A stretch of 55,247 nt of DNA, the filler included, from Basidioascus undulatus (Eukaryota), in the NCBI GenBank assembly GCA_000826855.1. It is 3 parts of 3 records of this genome, joined end to end, with 100 filler letters (N's around TTAATTAATTAA, not from the genome) between each part and the next. Parts side by side here need not be neighbours in the genome. Positions count along the whole stretch, not along the records: positions 1 to 31,800 come from JTLS01000099.1; 2 more parts are not named here. One strand, 5' to 3'. Positions 1-12,383 of this stretch are shown one piece after another. The notes beneath the pieces are model-generated. The model had not been told where the DNA came from. It made no database searches and worked only from the letters and a program-made list of their open reading frames with translations. How positions within the stretch are numbered: the stretch's first letter is position 1; every line of letters starts with the position of its first letter. Made by a program: the position numbers and the translations under genes.

Positions 1-626
1 CCCTCTACCCCCCCCCCTCCCGCCCATCCTCCACACAACCCGCCTCATCCTCAAACGGGGCAACCTGCCCTCCTGGGCGCCGCGGTCCCTCATGTCTCGC
101 TCAGAGAGCTGGACTCTGGAGGAATCCGCGGTGGACGTGCATGGCCAGGTCCTGCGGAGCCGCACGAGTAATATCGACCATACGAGGGTGATGCGGGTCG
201 TGGAGAGTGTTGATTTGAGGGGAGAGGGAGGGGAGGGGACGACCCATGAGACGCGGGCGAAGGTGCTTAGTACGTTTGGGGGGGCGCAGTTGGGGCTGCT
301 GGGCTTTGGGGTCGGCGCGATGAGGAAGAAGGTGGAGAATTGGGCCGTGGGGAGGTTTAGGAAGAATTTGGAGCGAGTAGGCTGTTTTCCTTCTCACTGT
401 ATCTTGGATACCTGATGCTGACCTTCACGGCGAACAGTCCCGCAACGGCTTCTCCCTCATCCTCTCCCTCCTCCGCTCGCACCGCGCCGCCCTCATTTCG
501 GGCGCGCCCGCCCCGCTCCTCGCACTCTCCAGCGACGCCCCCGACTTCTCCACCCCTTCCCCCGCTTCTTCCTCCGCTTCCTCTGACGCCGATCCAGGCG
601 GAATCGGGAGGTGGTTTGCTCCCTGA
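1..626 (+). CDS. UPS1: PRELI/MSF1-family mitochondrial intermembrane-space lipid transfer protein (Ups1-like), 5'-truncated
   Basis: Frame reads ILHTTRLILKRGNLPSWAPRSLMSRSESWTLEESAVD...RTSNIDHTRVMRVVESV...VENWAVGRFRKNLER. Phase-0 intron 377-437 (GTAGGC..CTGAC..CAG), then SRNGFSLILSLL... to TGA 624-626. Matches the PRELI/Ups1 motif pattern from memory. Confidence 0.88.
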
Positions 627-1529
627 ACCGTCTTTCTCCTACCCTTCTCGTGCTCTCCTTCCGATTCTCATGTTGTATTCCCTCCCATCCACTTTCACGC
701 CCGGCGCGGCCAGCATACCTTTCTACCGTCCTTTGGCTCGCAGTTTTTTGCTCCCCTACAGACATACCGTCACTCCTCCTTCCGCCCCACCTCGCCCTGT
801 CTCGCATTGCTCATCCGCTCGCATCGCTCGCACCTCCGCACGCACGCACGCTTTTTGCACATGCATGAAAACACACCTCCCAACTCATATTTCGACATGA
901 TGCTAGTTCAGAAGCCATGCTTCCTGAGCTCTGAATGAACGATGCACTTCATGACCACTCATGGTCCGTCGAGCCCATGCCCTTTAGGCATGAAACTCAG
1001 AATTAATGCGCAGACCAACTGCTTTGCATGCTCAAATGGTTTGACTCTGGATGAGAAGGTGCACCTCGAAGTTCCAGTGAAGAACTAGCCTGACGGTCTC
1101 TTCACTCGTCCCGCTCCTAACAGTCGGAACAGAGGAACACACTACATATTGAAGTTCTAGTTATAAGTAAACTGCATGCTTTCTTCAAGTACAGCAAGCG
1201 CTCGAACGTTTCGTTTCCGCCGCTGAGTCCAGTACGTCTGCCCTCAATCAGGCCGAACTTCGCTCTGGGCGGTAAGGCTCCCTATCTCTTTTCCATCCTG
1301 TAAGATCCAAGGATTTGGAAGAAACGGACTTCATAAGAATGTTGAAGTACGTCATTTGTCGGGATATGACGTCCGCTGCTACTGACCGTCGTTCTTACAC
1401 ATAGACAGACTGCGTCGTTCCAAAAATTCTTTCACCACTCGTGTTCAAGAAGAACTGTCATTCCACTACGTTACTTCCATACCTAACTTTTTGCCAAAGA
1501 AATCCACGCCTCCCTGCGACACCGGGCGT

Positions 1530-1768
1530 GGGAGAGAGGCGGGAATGTGGTGCTCGACGTGCGCGATGAACAGCTGAGCCTTGAGGTTCCGTACTGGGAG
1601 TATAGCCCCGATGGAACGGGGACGGTGTACCACGTCGCAGAAGTGCCGCAGGTAGGTTGCCTCCCTCTAGTTGTCGGTGAAGGAAGCTGATGTGCCGACT
1701 GGCTGCTTTTGGGGGGGGGTCAGGAAGGATGGAGAGATTCTACGAACAGGCCGACAAACATTGTGTGA
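1530..1768 (+). CDS. Possible 3' exons of a small hypothetical spliced gene or relic
   Basis: GGNVVLDVRDEQLSLEVPYWEYSPDGTGTVYHVAEVPQ, intron 1652-1723 (GTAGGT..GCTGAT..CAG), then EGWRDSTNRPTNIV*. Further donor-like sites lie upstream. No family recognised. Confidence 0.3.
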
Positions 1769-2809
1769 TGTCCATGAATGTACCAGCCCACAAATGAACC
1801 TCTGGACGATGGTAGCATAAATCGATGAGCACAAATTTGCCGGGCATCAATTTATTCGACTTTCCCTCTTCAACATGGAGCTTGAAGTGTCAAAAATCAA
1901 GGCTTAAAATTATCCCAAGCAGTGCGCAGTTACGCGGTTATGCATGCAATCACCGCTTCAGTCGTCGATCGAGCATCCTGCCCGCTGTGAGTCTACTGCT
2001 CTCGCTCACATCGACGCATCGTCCGCACAGACACGCCCGAGCTATGAAAGATGCTTGAAGAGACTACATCCATATTAGTGGGTTGAGCTTAGTTGCAAGG
2101 CTCTTCGAAGCTGAATCGGTCCGTCGGTGTAACGCTTGAGTGTGCTGATTTGCTCCTCCTGTGAAGCGTGGCTCACAGAAGCTGTGAGGCCGCAAAACCC
2201 CTCAAGAGCTGCCTAACAGGCCGTTCATATGTTTGTGCGCTGCTGCCCTTGATGAACGAAGGCCGCACGCAGAGCATCGTAGTTTCTTCGATCTCTGCCC
2301 GCACTACTGCGCTGCGCGAAATCTTGGGTGGGATATGAGACCACACAGCTCCTCAAAGGCTTGTCTTGGCGTTGAATGTCTGGATTATTGAAGCTTTCGT
2401 ACCAAGCAGTAGACATGTTGCTGTGGGTAAGAAGGAGGCGACGTACGGCGGTAGCTTGAACACCAAGACCTCAACGAATATCTTTTCAAGTCAAGTCGCG
2501 GTGGAACACATGGGAAGTTATGGAAAATCGGCCTGAAGCAAGTCAAGGTTCTTGACCTTCGCAAAAACTGCACTGTCGACTTCCATTTTAGCACGTCGTG
2601 CGTGCCGTATAATGAGCGGCGGGGCAGCAGGTCTTCAGGTCTCTCATGAAATTAGCTGTCCTCCGCTTGGCTGCTGTTTCGTGACTTAACGTGCACACGT
2701 AGGCTGAAATTCGAACGTGCTCATCTCTTACCAAGGCTCCTTTGCTTCTTTTCAAGCATTGATCACATATACAAACAACGTCCTACTCAATATCAACCGA
2801 CTAGAATAT

Positions 2810-3456
2810 TTACATGATCTTCTTGTCCCTTTGTGCGTTCAGTCCAGAAGGTTGGCTTTCTTGAGGGGACACTCGCACCCTGCCTATCCCAATATCAGCT
2901 AGACCGTCTCCTTTTCCGCAGGTTGTAGATGGCGCACGGAAGTCCTTTTTGCGCGGGATGTCTTCGAACACGCCCGACCCAAATTGGATAGCCTGGACGA
3001 GGCCCTCGAGCCGCTGCAGGCGACTGTTGCTCTGGTCCTCGTCCACCGCGAAGGCGCGCTGCCCCGGTCGGATATTGTGTGCCAATTCTGCGAGCTTTCT
3101 GAGAGATGCTCCAGCTCTTGGACCTCCGGCAAGTGGTTCTCGATCTTCGTCAGCCGTGAACGGATCCCGTCCAGCTCCTTGTCAAGGACTTCGCCGGGGG
3201 TCTTGACTTTGTCGGTGTCTTCGTCTTCGTCTTCGTCTTTGTCTTTGTCTTCGTCTTCGTTTTCTTCATCATCGTCTTCGTCTTCTTCGTCCTCTGTGCA
3301 CTTGGTGCATAGCACTCGCTGCTCTAGGGCACGCTGGCGCAGTAGGGCTGGCTGACGTAGGGCATGCTGGCGCGGCAGGCAGAGGAGGGGCCTCCGCAGG
3401 GACCGGGAGAGTATGGCGGACGGCCAACGGAAGGTGGTGCGAAGGAGGGAGTACAT
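2810..3456 (-). pseudogene. Hypothetical protein with Arg-rich presequence-like N-terminus, acidic D/E tract and coiled-coil; probable frameshift near 3098
   Basis: ATG 3456 MYSLLRTTFRWPSAILSRSLRR..., tract EDEEDEDDDEENEDEDKDKDEDEDED, then LDKELDGIRSRLTKIENHL. The more protein-like continuation (LAELAHNIRPGQ..SRLQRLEGLVQAIQ) is in a different frame (ORF 2810-3085). Confidence 0.45.
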
Positions 3457-5700
3457 GGTGATCGTTCCGGTGGAAAAGCGAGCTGTCAAGGATGGGGTGA
3501 AGTGCAACGCCGGATCCACGGTGGTGGGTCGGATACTGATGTGGACTGATGTTTGACGGAAGCTGATTCGGTCTGTGTTGTCAACGGGAAATTGCAACTA
3601 GTGGTGCCCAATCCGCAATTAAATCCCGGTTCTTGTCGTCTCGGAGGTTGCTACATGTCCACCATTGCGTGTGCGGTAAAGGGCCAAGCATTGCGTCCAT
3701 AACATACAACGTGTCTTTACTTTCGTTTTTTCGTACATTCAGAGTGTGCAAAAATCTTGCAACCTCAGACCGTCCTTGCTGTTCCCCAACCGCAGATCAT
3801 CAGAAATCAGGACCCGTGCTTCCCCGCCGTAGGCGCTCGATATCCTCAATCCTGGTCTTTCCGAACCTCACACTGGCACTCTATTCTCCTCCTTCCCGTC
3901 AGCGCTCCACTCTCTCACCCAATTCCTTTACGCCAGACATAAACCCACCACATTCCACGCTCGGCCTGCCCACAATGTCGTCGATGTGATGCCGGAGCTC
4001 GATAGCCTTGAGAAGAGCCGCGTGCCGCCGCGACCGTTTGCCCTGCCCCTGGGGCAACGGGCCCTCCACGACCAACTTGACGTACTGACCTGTGATCTTC
4101 ATGACATCGTACTGAGTGATGTTTGCATCTATGCTTGCCATATCAATTCTGGAAGCGGAGTTGGAATAGGAGTTGGGGCTGAGTAGGAGCTGGAGGCCCG
4201 ATGCGGTGGCCCTGAGCGGGAGTTGGAGAGTGAGAGAGCTGGGAGGCGCTTTTGTAAGAGGGCGAGCATAATTAAAGCGTGGTTTTGAACCTCAAGGGAT
4301 GGGGTTACTGGGAGGAGGGATGGACGACAGGCGGTTGGCAGGGAGAGGCGACTGCAAGCCTTCACGGGAACGCTGCAAGGAGGGCCGATGCTGATGACCT
4401 CTTCCGTTAGGCATCAAAAGTTTAACCCATATGTATACATAATGGACAACCACAGCAGATGACCCGGTCCAAGCATTGTACTGCAGGCGCGAGCCACGCG
4501 CAGGATACGAATTTCGCGAATCATATCGAGTTAAGCAAATGAACTGTTCAAAGTCTGGGATATAATCGAATGCAGGGGAAATTTAAAAAAATCTCCAGTA
4601 AAGCGGCAGGATGGCGGGCGACAGCAACAGGTCGCGTTGACAACACAAGGAGACAGGACGAGAGGGTCGTCGTAGTATAGGTGGGCCTTCGCACTCTATT
4701 CGGTAATGGTTTCTAAACATAAAACCTACTTCCAAATAAACCCTCGTTACTCCATTACCATGAAGAAATTCTACTCTGCATTACCATGAACGAATCCGAA
4801 GGGGAGTGGGACAGGCAGTCAATCCAAACGTCGAGGTTCCGGCCCCTGCTACCGCTTTGTATAATCCCGCTCAAAATCCAAAGACAAAGATATGTACTGT
4901 AAACGCATGAAATTGGACTCTACATATAATTAGCGCCTTGCTCGACTTTGAGCGTTCACCGGCGGACCTTGCGTTTGTGAACCACGACCTGCGCGGCGAA
5001 AGAATGTTGAAGACTCTATGTCTCCGCACCAACCTCACGTGCAATGGAATTAGCATATCCCCAGATGAATTTCTAGTCAGAGTCCCACAAACAGGGCTCT
5101 TCGTCCTAACAGTCTATCATTCTGCGTCTTAGCGGTGGTGCTGCTGCCAGGAAGTGATCATTCACAATGGCGATCAGCATGTAGTGGGCGCAATAAAGTG
5201 CACATTTTTTTATCACTTAATTCAAAGGTTGACTACTCCCGTGTAGAAGCTGGGCGAAAGCGAGCCGTCCTCGCGAAGTGAGCAGGTCCAGGCAGGACCA
5301 TGGTGGCGTTACTGTGCTCTGCTTTGAAAGTATAGCCACTTTACATCCAGTATATAATACACACCAAATTCGTTTTTCTGTCACCCCGTAAAGCAGTGGC
5401 AGTGCAAGCAGGGTTGCACATCTTCTCGCTGTGCCAATGCCAGGACCCGTACGCGTTCAGGTGACTCGCCCTATTAGTATGATGTGCAGCCTTGAGAAAG
5501 GGAGACCTTCTTTAGATGGAAGTTACAGAGAAGGAGCAACCTGAAAGTCGGACTACCGGCTGCTGTTTGGCACTGTTTTACGGCAGCGTGCGCTCGCAGA
5601 GAACATCACCCTGCCGTGACGGGCCTCCGGGACAGCCAGCCGTTCCGTCTCCTGCTCCATCCACAACCTCCAGCTCTAATTCTTGCATACTTTTACGACT

Positions 5701-7247
5701 ATGCATCCCACAGGTGCGTCTCATCCTGGAAACTCCCCATACCAGCCTGAGAGTTCAAGCCCAGCTCCCCGATAGCTCCCCACGACCCCCCTCGAACCTC
5801 AACCACCACCTCCTCGACCTCCCCCCGCCCCGCCTCGACCCTGCAGCACATCGAGGACGCCGTGCGCCGGATCCGCTCTCGGCGCGAGGAACTCGAAGCG
5901 CTCGTGCTGGACGCTAACAACAGCAGTGCCGCGAGCTCGGCGTCTGCGTCTGCGTCTTCGACCCCGCCGGTGCCGATTGGGAGGGGCGCGGCCCCCTCGG
6001 CCTCGGCGGCGGCGGCGTTTTTGAACCGGGTGCGCCCTGGCCCGCTTCTGTGTCTCGGATTGCGATAGGAGACTGAGACATGTTGTTGGGTGGTTTGGAC
6101 AGGCGGATAGGGAGGAGACGCTCAGGCGGATCGAGGTGCGTCGCTTCTCTCTCCTTTCTTTCCTCAACATGGTCAATGCCCTCCCGCCCTCTCCCTCGTC
6201 CTCCTCATCCGAGTTCGACGACCTCCCTCCGCTGATCTTCGTCCCCCATCTGTACACCTTACCCACCACCCTCCACAGGAAGCGCACCGCAACGCGCGCG
6301 CCGCCCTGCGGCAGGCCTCCCAAGTCGTCGACGCTGCCAACGCGCGCCTGCTTTCCATGCAACGCTCGTTCGAGTCCGTGCTCCGCCCCTCGTCTTCGTC
6401 CGCGTCCTCTTCCAATCCCGGCTCCAACCGCACCTCCGTGTCCGCCTCCACCACCTCCCCCGACACCTCCCGCTTCACGTCCTACTTTTCCTCCCTCGAG
6501 CGCAGGCGCTTCGTCCAATCTGCCTCTGCCTCCGCCTCCGTCTCCGCGCCGACGTCCGCCCCCTGGCGCGAGCCCGAGCACGCAGAAGAAGATGAAGGCG
6601 ACGACGATGACGAGATCTTCCTCCCCCCGCCGACGACCACCACCTTCCCCTCCCGCCGCCGTCGCGCCTTCCACCGCGACCGCTCTCCTGCCCTTCCGCT
6701 CGATCAGTCGGCAGCGAACTCGAGCCTCTCGTCCCTCCCCTCCCCGCCGCTGCCGCACCGCCGCTTCCCAGACTCCCCCGACCTCTCCGTGCGGGACCTC
6801 GACACGCCCGAACACCTGCGCGGCCGCCGCTGGCTTGCCCATATCGACGGCGTGGGGGATACGCCGCTGACGCCGGGTTGGGCCCAGCACGCATGGATGC
6901 ACCGGCCGGCCGGCTTAGGGGAGGTGCAATCGCAGCTGTCGGACGGGCCGGACAGAGAGCAGAAAGACGCCCTCGGGGGCGCGGGCGCCGGGATCCGCCT
7001 CCCCCCGCGCGCGCGCGAGCGCGAGGACGTCGCGTTCAGGAAGCGGTGGCTGCCTGATCCGCGGGCGGTGCAGGCGGTGCAGCGGGGAGAAGAGGGTGCG
7101 GGGGAGGGAGAGGCGGAGGGACAGGCGGGCGAGTGGGAGTGGAGGAGCATCTTGCCCATGCGGAGCGAGATCGGTGCGGAGGGGCGGATGAGGGGCAGGC
7201 CGAGGCGCCCCGGCGTTGGCGGCGGGAGGGGTGCGGTGGGTCGGTGA
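5701..7247 (+). CDS. Hypothetical Ser/Pro-rich protein, 4 exons
   Basis: ATG 5701. Three GTGCG..AG introns (~5714-5775, ~6030-6102, ~6136-6279) join MHPTAPHDPPRT..LQHIEDAVRRIRSRREELEAL../ADREETLRRIE/EAHRNARAALRQASQ..MQRSFESV.. in one frame to TGA 7247. GC3-rich codons. Confidence 0.6.
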
Positions 7248-7859
7248 GCTGCAGGTGGGGACGTGTCGGACACTTGGATCGCTGCGCTTCGGTCGGGTTT
7301 TGTTTTGTTTGAGGTGAGGAGAGTTAAGGTTTGTTGACGACTTGCGTTTCGCATTTGCACGTACACGTTTACGTTTGTTTTGTGGGAGCATCGCTACCGT
7401 AGTCATATCGGCATCGCCGATGCATAGCATAATGTTTTCACAGTTCCTTTCTGGCGGATGCTGAGGGCTTGTACCCTCGTCAAGTACTCGTTTGTGCGCC
7501 TTGCCCGTTGCCGGATGTAAGCGGTCTGTAGCGAGCGCACTGCTCACGCGAAGGCCGTCGGCCGCCGCCACGGCCGCGAGGGCGCCCTCGCAGAGATCAG
7601 TGCTTCTCCCGGGCACGCAAGTCTTCTTTCCACACGAGTATCATTCCCTCATTCCGCACGCTACCACGTTACAATGCCCTCTCCCTCCGAACAGTACGAA
7701 TCCCTTGTGTCTCCGGTGGCATGCCTCGCTGAATGCAGCTGCCTTTCCTTTGCACATTCAGCACCCCGCCGCACGTCCCCATCCACGAGCGCGACGATAC
7801 GGCGCGCCACTTCCTCAACCTCATGCTCGAGCTCAGCATTGACATGCGCGACGTCCACT

Positions 7860-8194
7860 CCTACGTTCAGCGAAGCTTACACGAAGCTCAGGGACCGTTC
7901 ATCCCTGAGCCAGCTCAGCCTGTTACTCCTATTCCAGTGTACGGTTTTAACCCTGATACAGGTGAGAAACGATACTGGACTAGTCAGCGTGACTGCGTAC
8001 GAGATCTAGAAGGGAGCCGTGATTTTAACACAAAGTCTCTCAAACTTCGGATTGCTCATAAGGAGCGTTACAACGGATACCTCATGTCAGAAAAACCGTT
8101 CGACGAGTAACCGGATTTCTTTCTTCCGTGTGCGTGTAGGATTACATAGTCCAAGCCCACAATCTGCTCTACTGGAGGGATTGTGTGGTATTTG
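7860..8194 (+). mobile_element. NUMT: 3' part of a mitochondrial cox1 group I intron with C-terminus of a homing-endonuclease-like ORF (NUMOD1/IENR1-like domain)
   Basis: PIPVYGFNPDTGEKRYWTSQRDCVRDLEG..SLKLRIAHKERYNGYLMSEKPF* (stop 8110) resembles GIY-YIG C-terminal repeats. Codons switch to A/T-ending. S-element-like GATTACATAGTCC at 8140-8152, P9-like stem CACAATC(8158-8164)/GATTGTG(8179-8185), terminal G 8194 directly before the cox1 exon. Left boundary approximate. Confidence 0.72.
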
Positions 8195-8365
<171 letters not shown>

Positions 8366-11300
8366 ACCACTACTAGGCTCAATATCACAGTGACACCTGT
8401 GGCCAACTTCACTGTTTGCCTGAAATCGTTGCACTCAGTTCGCAGCGCTACTGGGCCGGCTACTGACCCTTGACTGGTCATTAGGAGCTCAATTTCAACG
8501 CGTAGCGACGGCGGCATAACCGGCGTTGGATGTGCGCACCGAGGAGGAGGGCTTCGAGAAGCGTGTAGCGAAGGAACGGGCCATCCTTGTGCGTTTCTTT
8601 CACTTCTTTCCTATCTCACTTGACTTTGCTCATGCTTGAGGGCAACCCGTCCGTGTACGCCAAGCTCCCGGCCGAGCTCATCCACGCCATCGCCGGCTTC
8701 GCGGACACGCCGACAGTCCGCGTGCTCTCGCTCACAGATCGAGCGTCTCGCGCGGCCATGTTCACGCACATTTGCCGTGAGCTGGCTTTCACCTTCAAGA
8801 ATGATGGGGAATACCATGGCTTTGATACGGAAGACCCGTCGGAGCGCCACTTCGAGCGGATCGACTGGCTCTGCAGCGAGCGGTATCTCAGGGTGTTCGG
8901 TGCGCCACTGTAGCAGCCTGCTGTATCTATCCCTTTCAGGCTATTGCTGACACTTTGACGCGTCGTCCACAGATCGGTTACTATCGGTCCACGTTTCGAA
9001 ACCGGAGCCGACACTGCCTACGTCGATCGCATCACCAGTACGCTCCGAAGCTCGTCGAGCTGAAACTCAGGACCGAGTCGGGCTTCGGTCTCTGGTGGCT
9101 CGCGGAGACGCCTCGCAACCACCTCGCTTTCCTTCCTTACATGCGCTCTCTCGATTTGCTGTCCGACGCCGCGCGGTGACGACGACGAGGACCCGTTCCC
9201 GCTCCGCACCCTCCTCCAGGCTCTCCCTGCGCTCGAGGACTTGCGCCTGCGCTTCTGCAACGCTGCGGGCGATGCGCAGCCCCACTTCTTTCCGGATCCG
9301 CTGGACTCTTCGTTTCTTCCGCGTCTGCGCTCGCTCGAAACGCCCGACTGTCTCTCGCTCGGCGGCCTCGTTGTCCGCGTTCAATCGCTGCGCTCGCTCA
9401 AACTCTTCTCTTTCGATCACCTGGATCCGGTTAACGTCGACTGTATCTACTCTTACCAGCAGTTTCATGCCCATCGGGATCTCCGAAACGCGCACGTAAC
9501 GGCACTCGAGGTGCGCGTGGATATCGATGAGCCTGCCATTCAGCAACTCTCCGAGCTGTTCCCCGGCGTGTCGGACCTCGCAATCGCCCATATGGCCGCT
9601 ACCCATCGATATGTCAGACGAGCATCAGTACTTGGTTTTCGTCTTTTGCAGATTCGCAAGCTCGAATGCACACGCTCAACCCTCAACCTTTCAGCTCTCT
9701 TTCGAACGCGCTCCACCGAGTTTTCGCAAGTTGCGCAACCTCACCGTTGCTTGCGACCGCTGGCATCGCGACGACGATGGCAACGACGAATCCGACAGCC
9801 GTAGCGTTGCCATTTCGATCTCCACCTCGGCCCTCTCGATTAAAACCCAGGAAATGTATGCCTCCAAGAGAAAGATTGGAGATACCCACATTGTGATCAA
9901 GCCTGAGGCAACGCCACTCGTTGCTTTGTTTCGCCAGCACTGTGTGAATGAAACAGTCTCCGAGTTTACAGGCTAATATTCTTTTCATCAATCTTCAGTT
10001 TCATCTGGGTAAAGGCGGCGCTGATGCAGGATCAGCGGAAGCAAATTGGAACGCTGAAACGCCGAACGCTCTGCTGACCCAGCTCGTCCACCGTCCACCG
10101 GCCTGTGCATAGCTTTGCTCTCGACCCCATCATCCTCTCCTCCATCTTTAAGGCCTTTATTCTCAGAATAGCAGCGCATCCCGGCTACGAGGCGATTAGA
10201 GACGGCTCTGGTACGCGCGAGTAGGAGCGCAGACGGCACAGCAATCCCCTCTGACTCCCTGCCTCACCGCATGGCAGGGGGATCATGGGTAGGCGCTCGC
10301 TCCCTTAGGCAGCCGACGTGGTCGGTTATGAGCCAAGGCCAGCTGGAGCGGGCGTCGTGCTGCATTTTTAGGGAGCCTGTGACGATCCGCTGCCACAGAG
10401 CGACAGTTCGAACTCGACCTCTGTTCCGGGTGCGCTCCCACAGCCCTGAAGGGCACGCGTCCGCCTTTCTCGAGAACAGTAAAAGCACAAAAGTATAAGC
10501 CCGTCCTGTTCCTGAGCTTTACCTTATCTCGACTAGGCCTTAGCTCAGCGGAACTGGCGGTTCTGTGAAGCTCTGTCAACTCCCCGTGCAAGAGCCGAAA
10601 GAGCGGTAGCCTGGTCCTACCATTCGAGCAGGCATCCGCTTCGATTAGACAATCACCAACCTGACTTATGCACTCTGACTCTGCAAACTAGGCACAGCAT
10701 TCTCCCTGGATTGACCTTGCAGGTTGGTGTCTTGACAACGGGGTCCAGACAAGAGACAGGGTGACACATATGTCATTCGTGTCAGAATCCACCTCGCCCA
10801 TGATGGCGATGAAGGACCTGGGCGTCCTGAAGCTTGAAAAATATATCTCTGCGAGGGTTGCCGGAGCTCTTCAGAAATTCCGCTCGGGCACATTGCGGCA
10901 CCGCCGTCTTTCGCGACCGCAACGCCAATCGTCCTCACTCTCCCTCGGCAATTACAGGTTCCTTTCCAGCTCCGCCTTTATCGAAGGTTTCTTAACTGCT
11001 ACGAAAAGGCTCAGATACTTGTTGTGAAACAGCAGGCCGTACCGTGTGTGTTCCTCAGATGAACCGTCCTGTGAACAGGGCACAATCCCCTTCCCTCGGC
11101 TGTGCAGACAACCGTTTGCTAATCTTTCGAGCTGGTTCTAGAGACAATAAAGGGTATTTGTCCTTCTTGATTCTTTGCTGAAGAGGCAACCTCACGCCGG
11201 GTAACGCGACACAGAGGCAAGTCCGTCGACCTGTCCTTTCAAACTCGGCTTTACAACGAAGCTGTTCCGTCGCACACCCCGATAGTGACAGCACAAAATG

Positions 11301-12383
11301 AAGACTTAAAAATAAACTCAGTGGGCAAAGTGTTACACGAGTGCGTTTTGTGTGGTTAAAGTTAAGATGAGCTATGTTAATTGGAAATACGTCATACTGC
11401 GGAAGGCATGCAGATGTTTGTGAGGCTTGTAGCATGTGATGTCGAAGGTGCTTGCTCGACGATGATCTTGAGTGGCGAGTGGGCACGAGGTGGGGATGTA
11501 TTGAGTCCATGGACGGGCGTGCGGCGAGTGAGGAGCTGTGCGATGGGGAGGAGGACAGAGCGCAGCCGGGGCGCTCCTTTAATATCCCTCGAGTGCACCG
11601 CAGCGGGGTCACAAGTTTCTTTGGAATGCCGGTGACGAGAGCGGATGCAGTAACACTTCCCAGCCCGATTGGCTCATAGTCCGCTTCCGGGCTCGCATGG
11701 ACTCATTGGCCCTGCAAATGTGCCGGTTGCGCACAAGTGCGCGCCTGCGCCTGAGGGTAGCTACACCCTCAGGTAGCTACCCTCAGTCTTCCATTTTCGT
11801 CCGGCAAGCGTCGTTTACACCAATTAGTACTTGGCAGCTCCCACAGGGTGAATCTGGAAAGTCTGGCCAGCCGGACCGTGCGCACTGCGCGGCAGCCGGA
11901 CCGGTGCAAACTCCACTGTGCACATTGCGCGATAGCCGGTCCTTCACACAGGTCTGTGCAGTGGTAGAAACCGTGGTGTGGCTGTAGGGACTTCTTCTAA
12001 GATGAGAACCAGTTCGCGTGATTGGGCGTGGCAATGCAACACGGTAGATAAACAATGTTGCACATTTCTTTCAGTCTCAAGTGAAACGGCAAGCTAGAAT
12101 CATGCGTTTTCCATGGCTGCGACGCCCCTCACAACCGCCCTGCATAGGAAAAATCGGAAGCGAGGTCTGTCAAAAAAGGCTTAAAGCAATGCAAACCAAA
12201 CTCACGTATGCCAAGCGAAGTCGAGTACGTGATTGTGAGTGTTCCTTTGCCGGCGCGACGCAAGCTGTCCGTGACCCAGATATGCGTGTGTGACGAGGTA
12301 TGAAGTGCAACATAGTACAAACAGATGCGAGGGGAAAGAAGACAATGAGAGAAAGAGGAACGGAAAATAACAAGCGACGCCTT

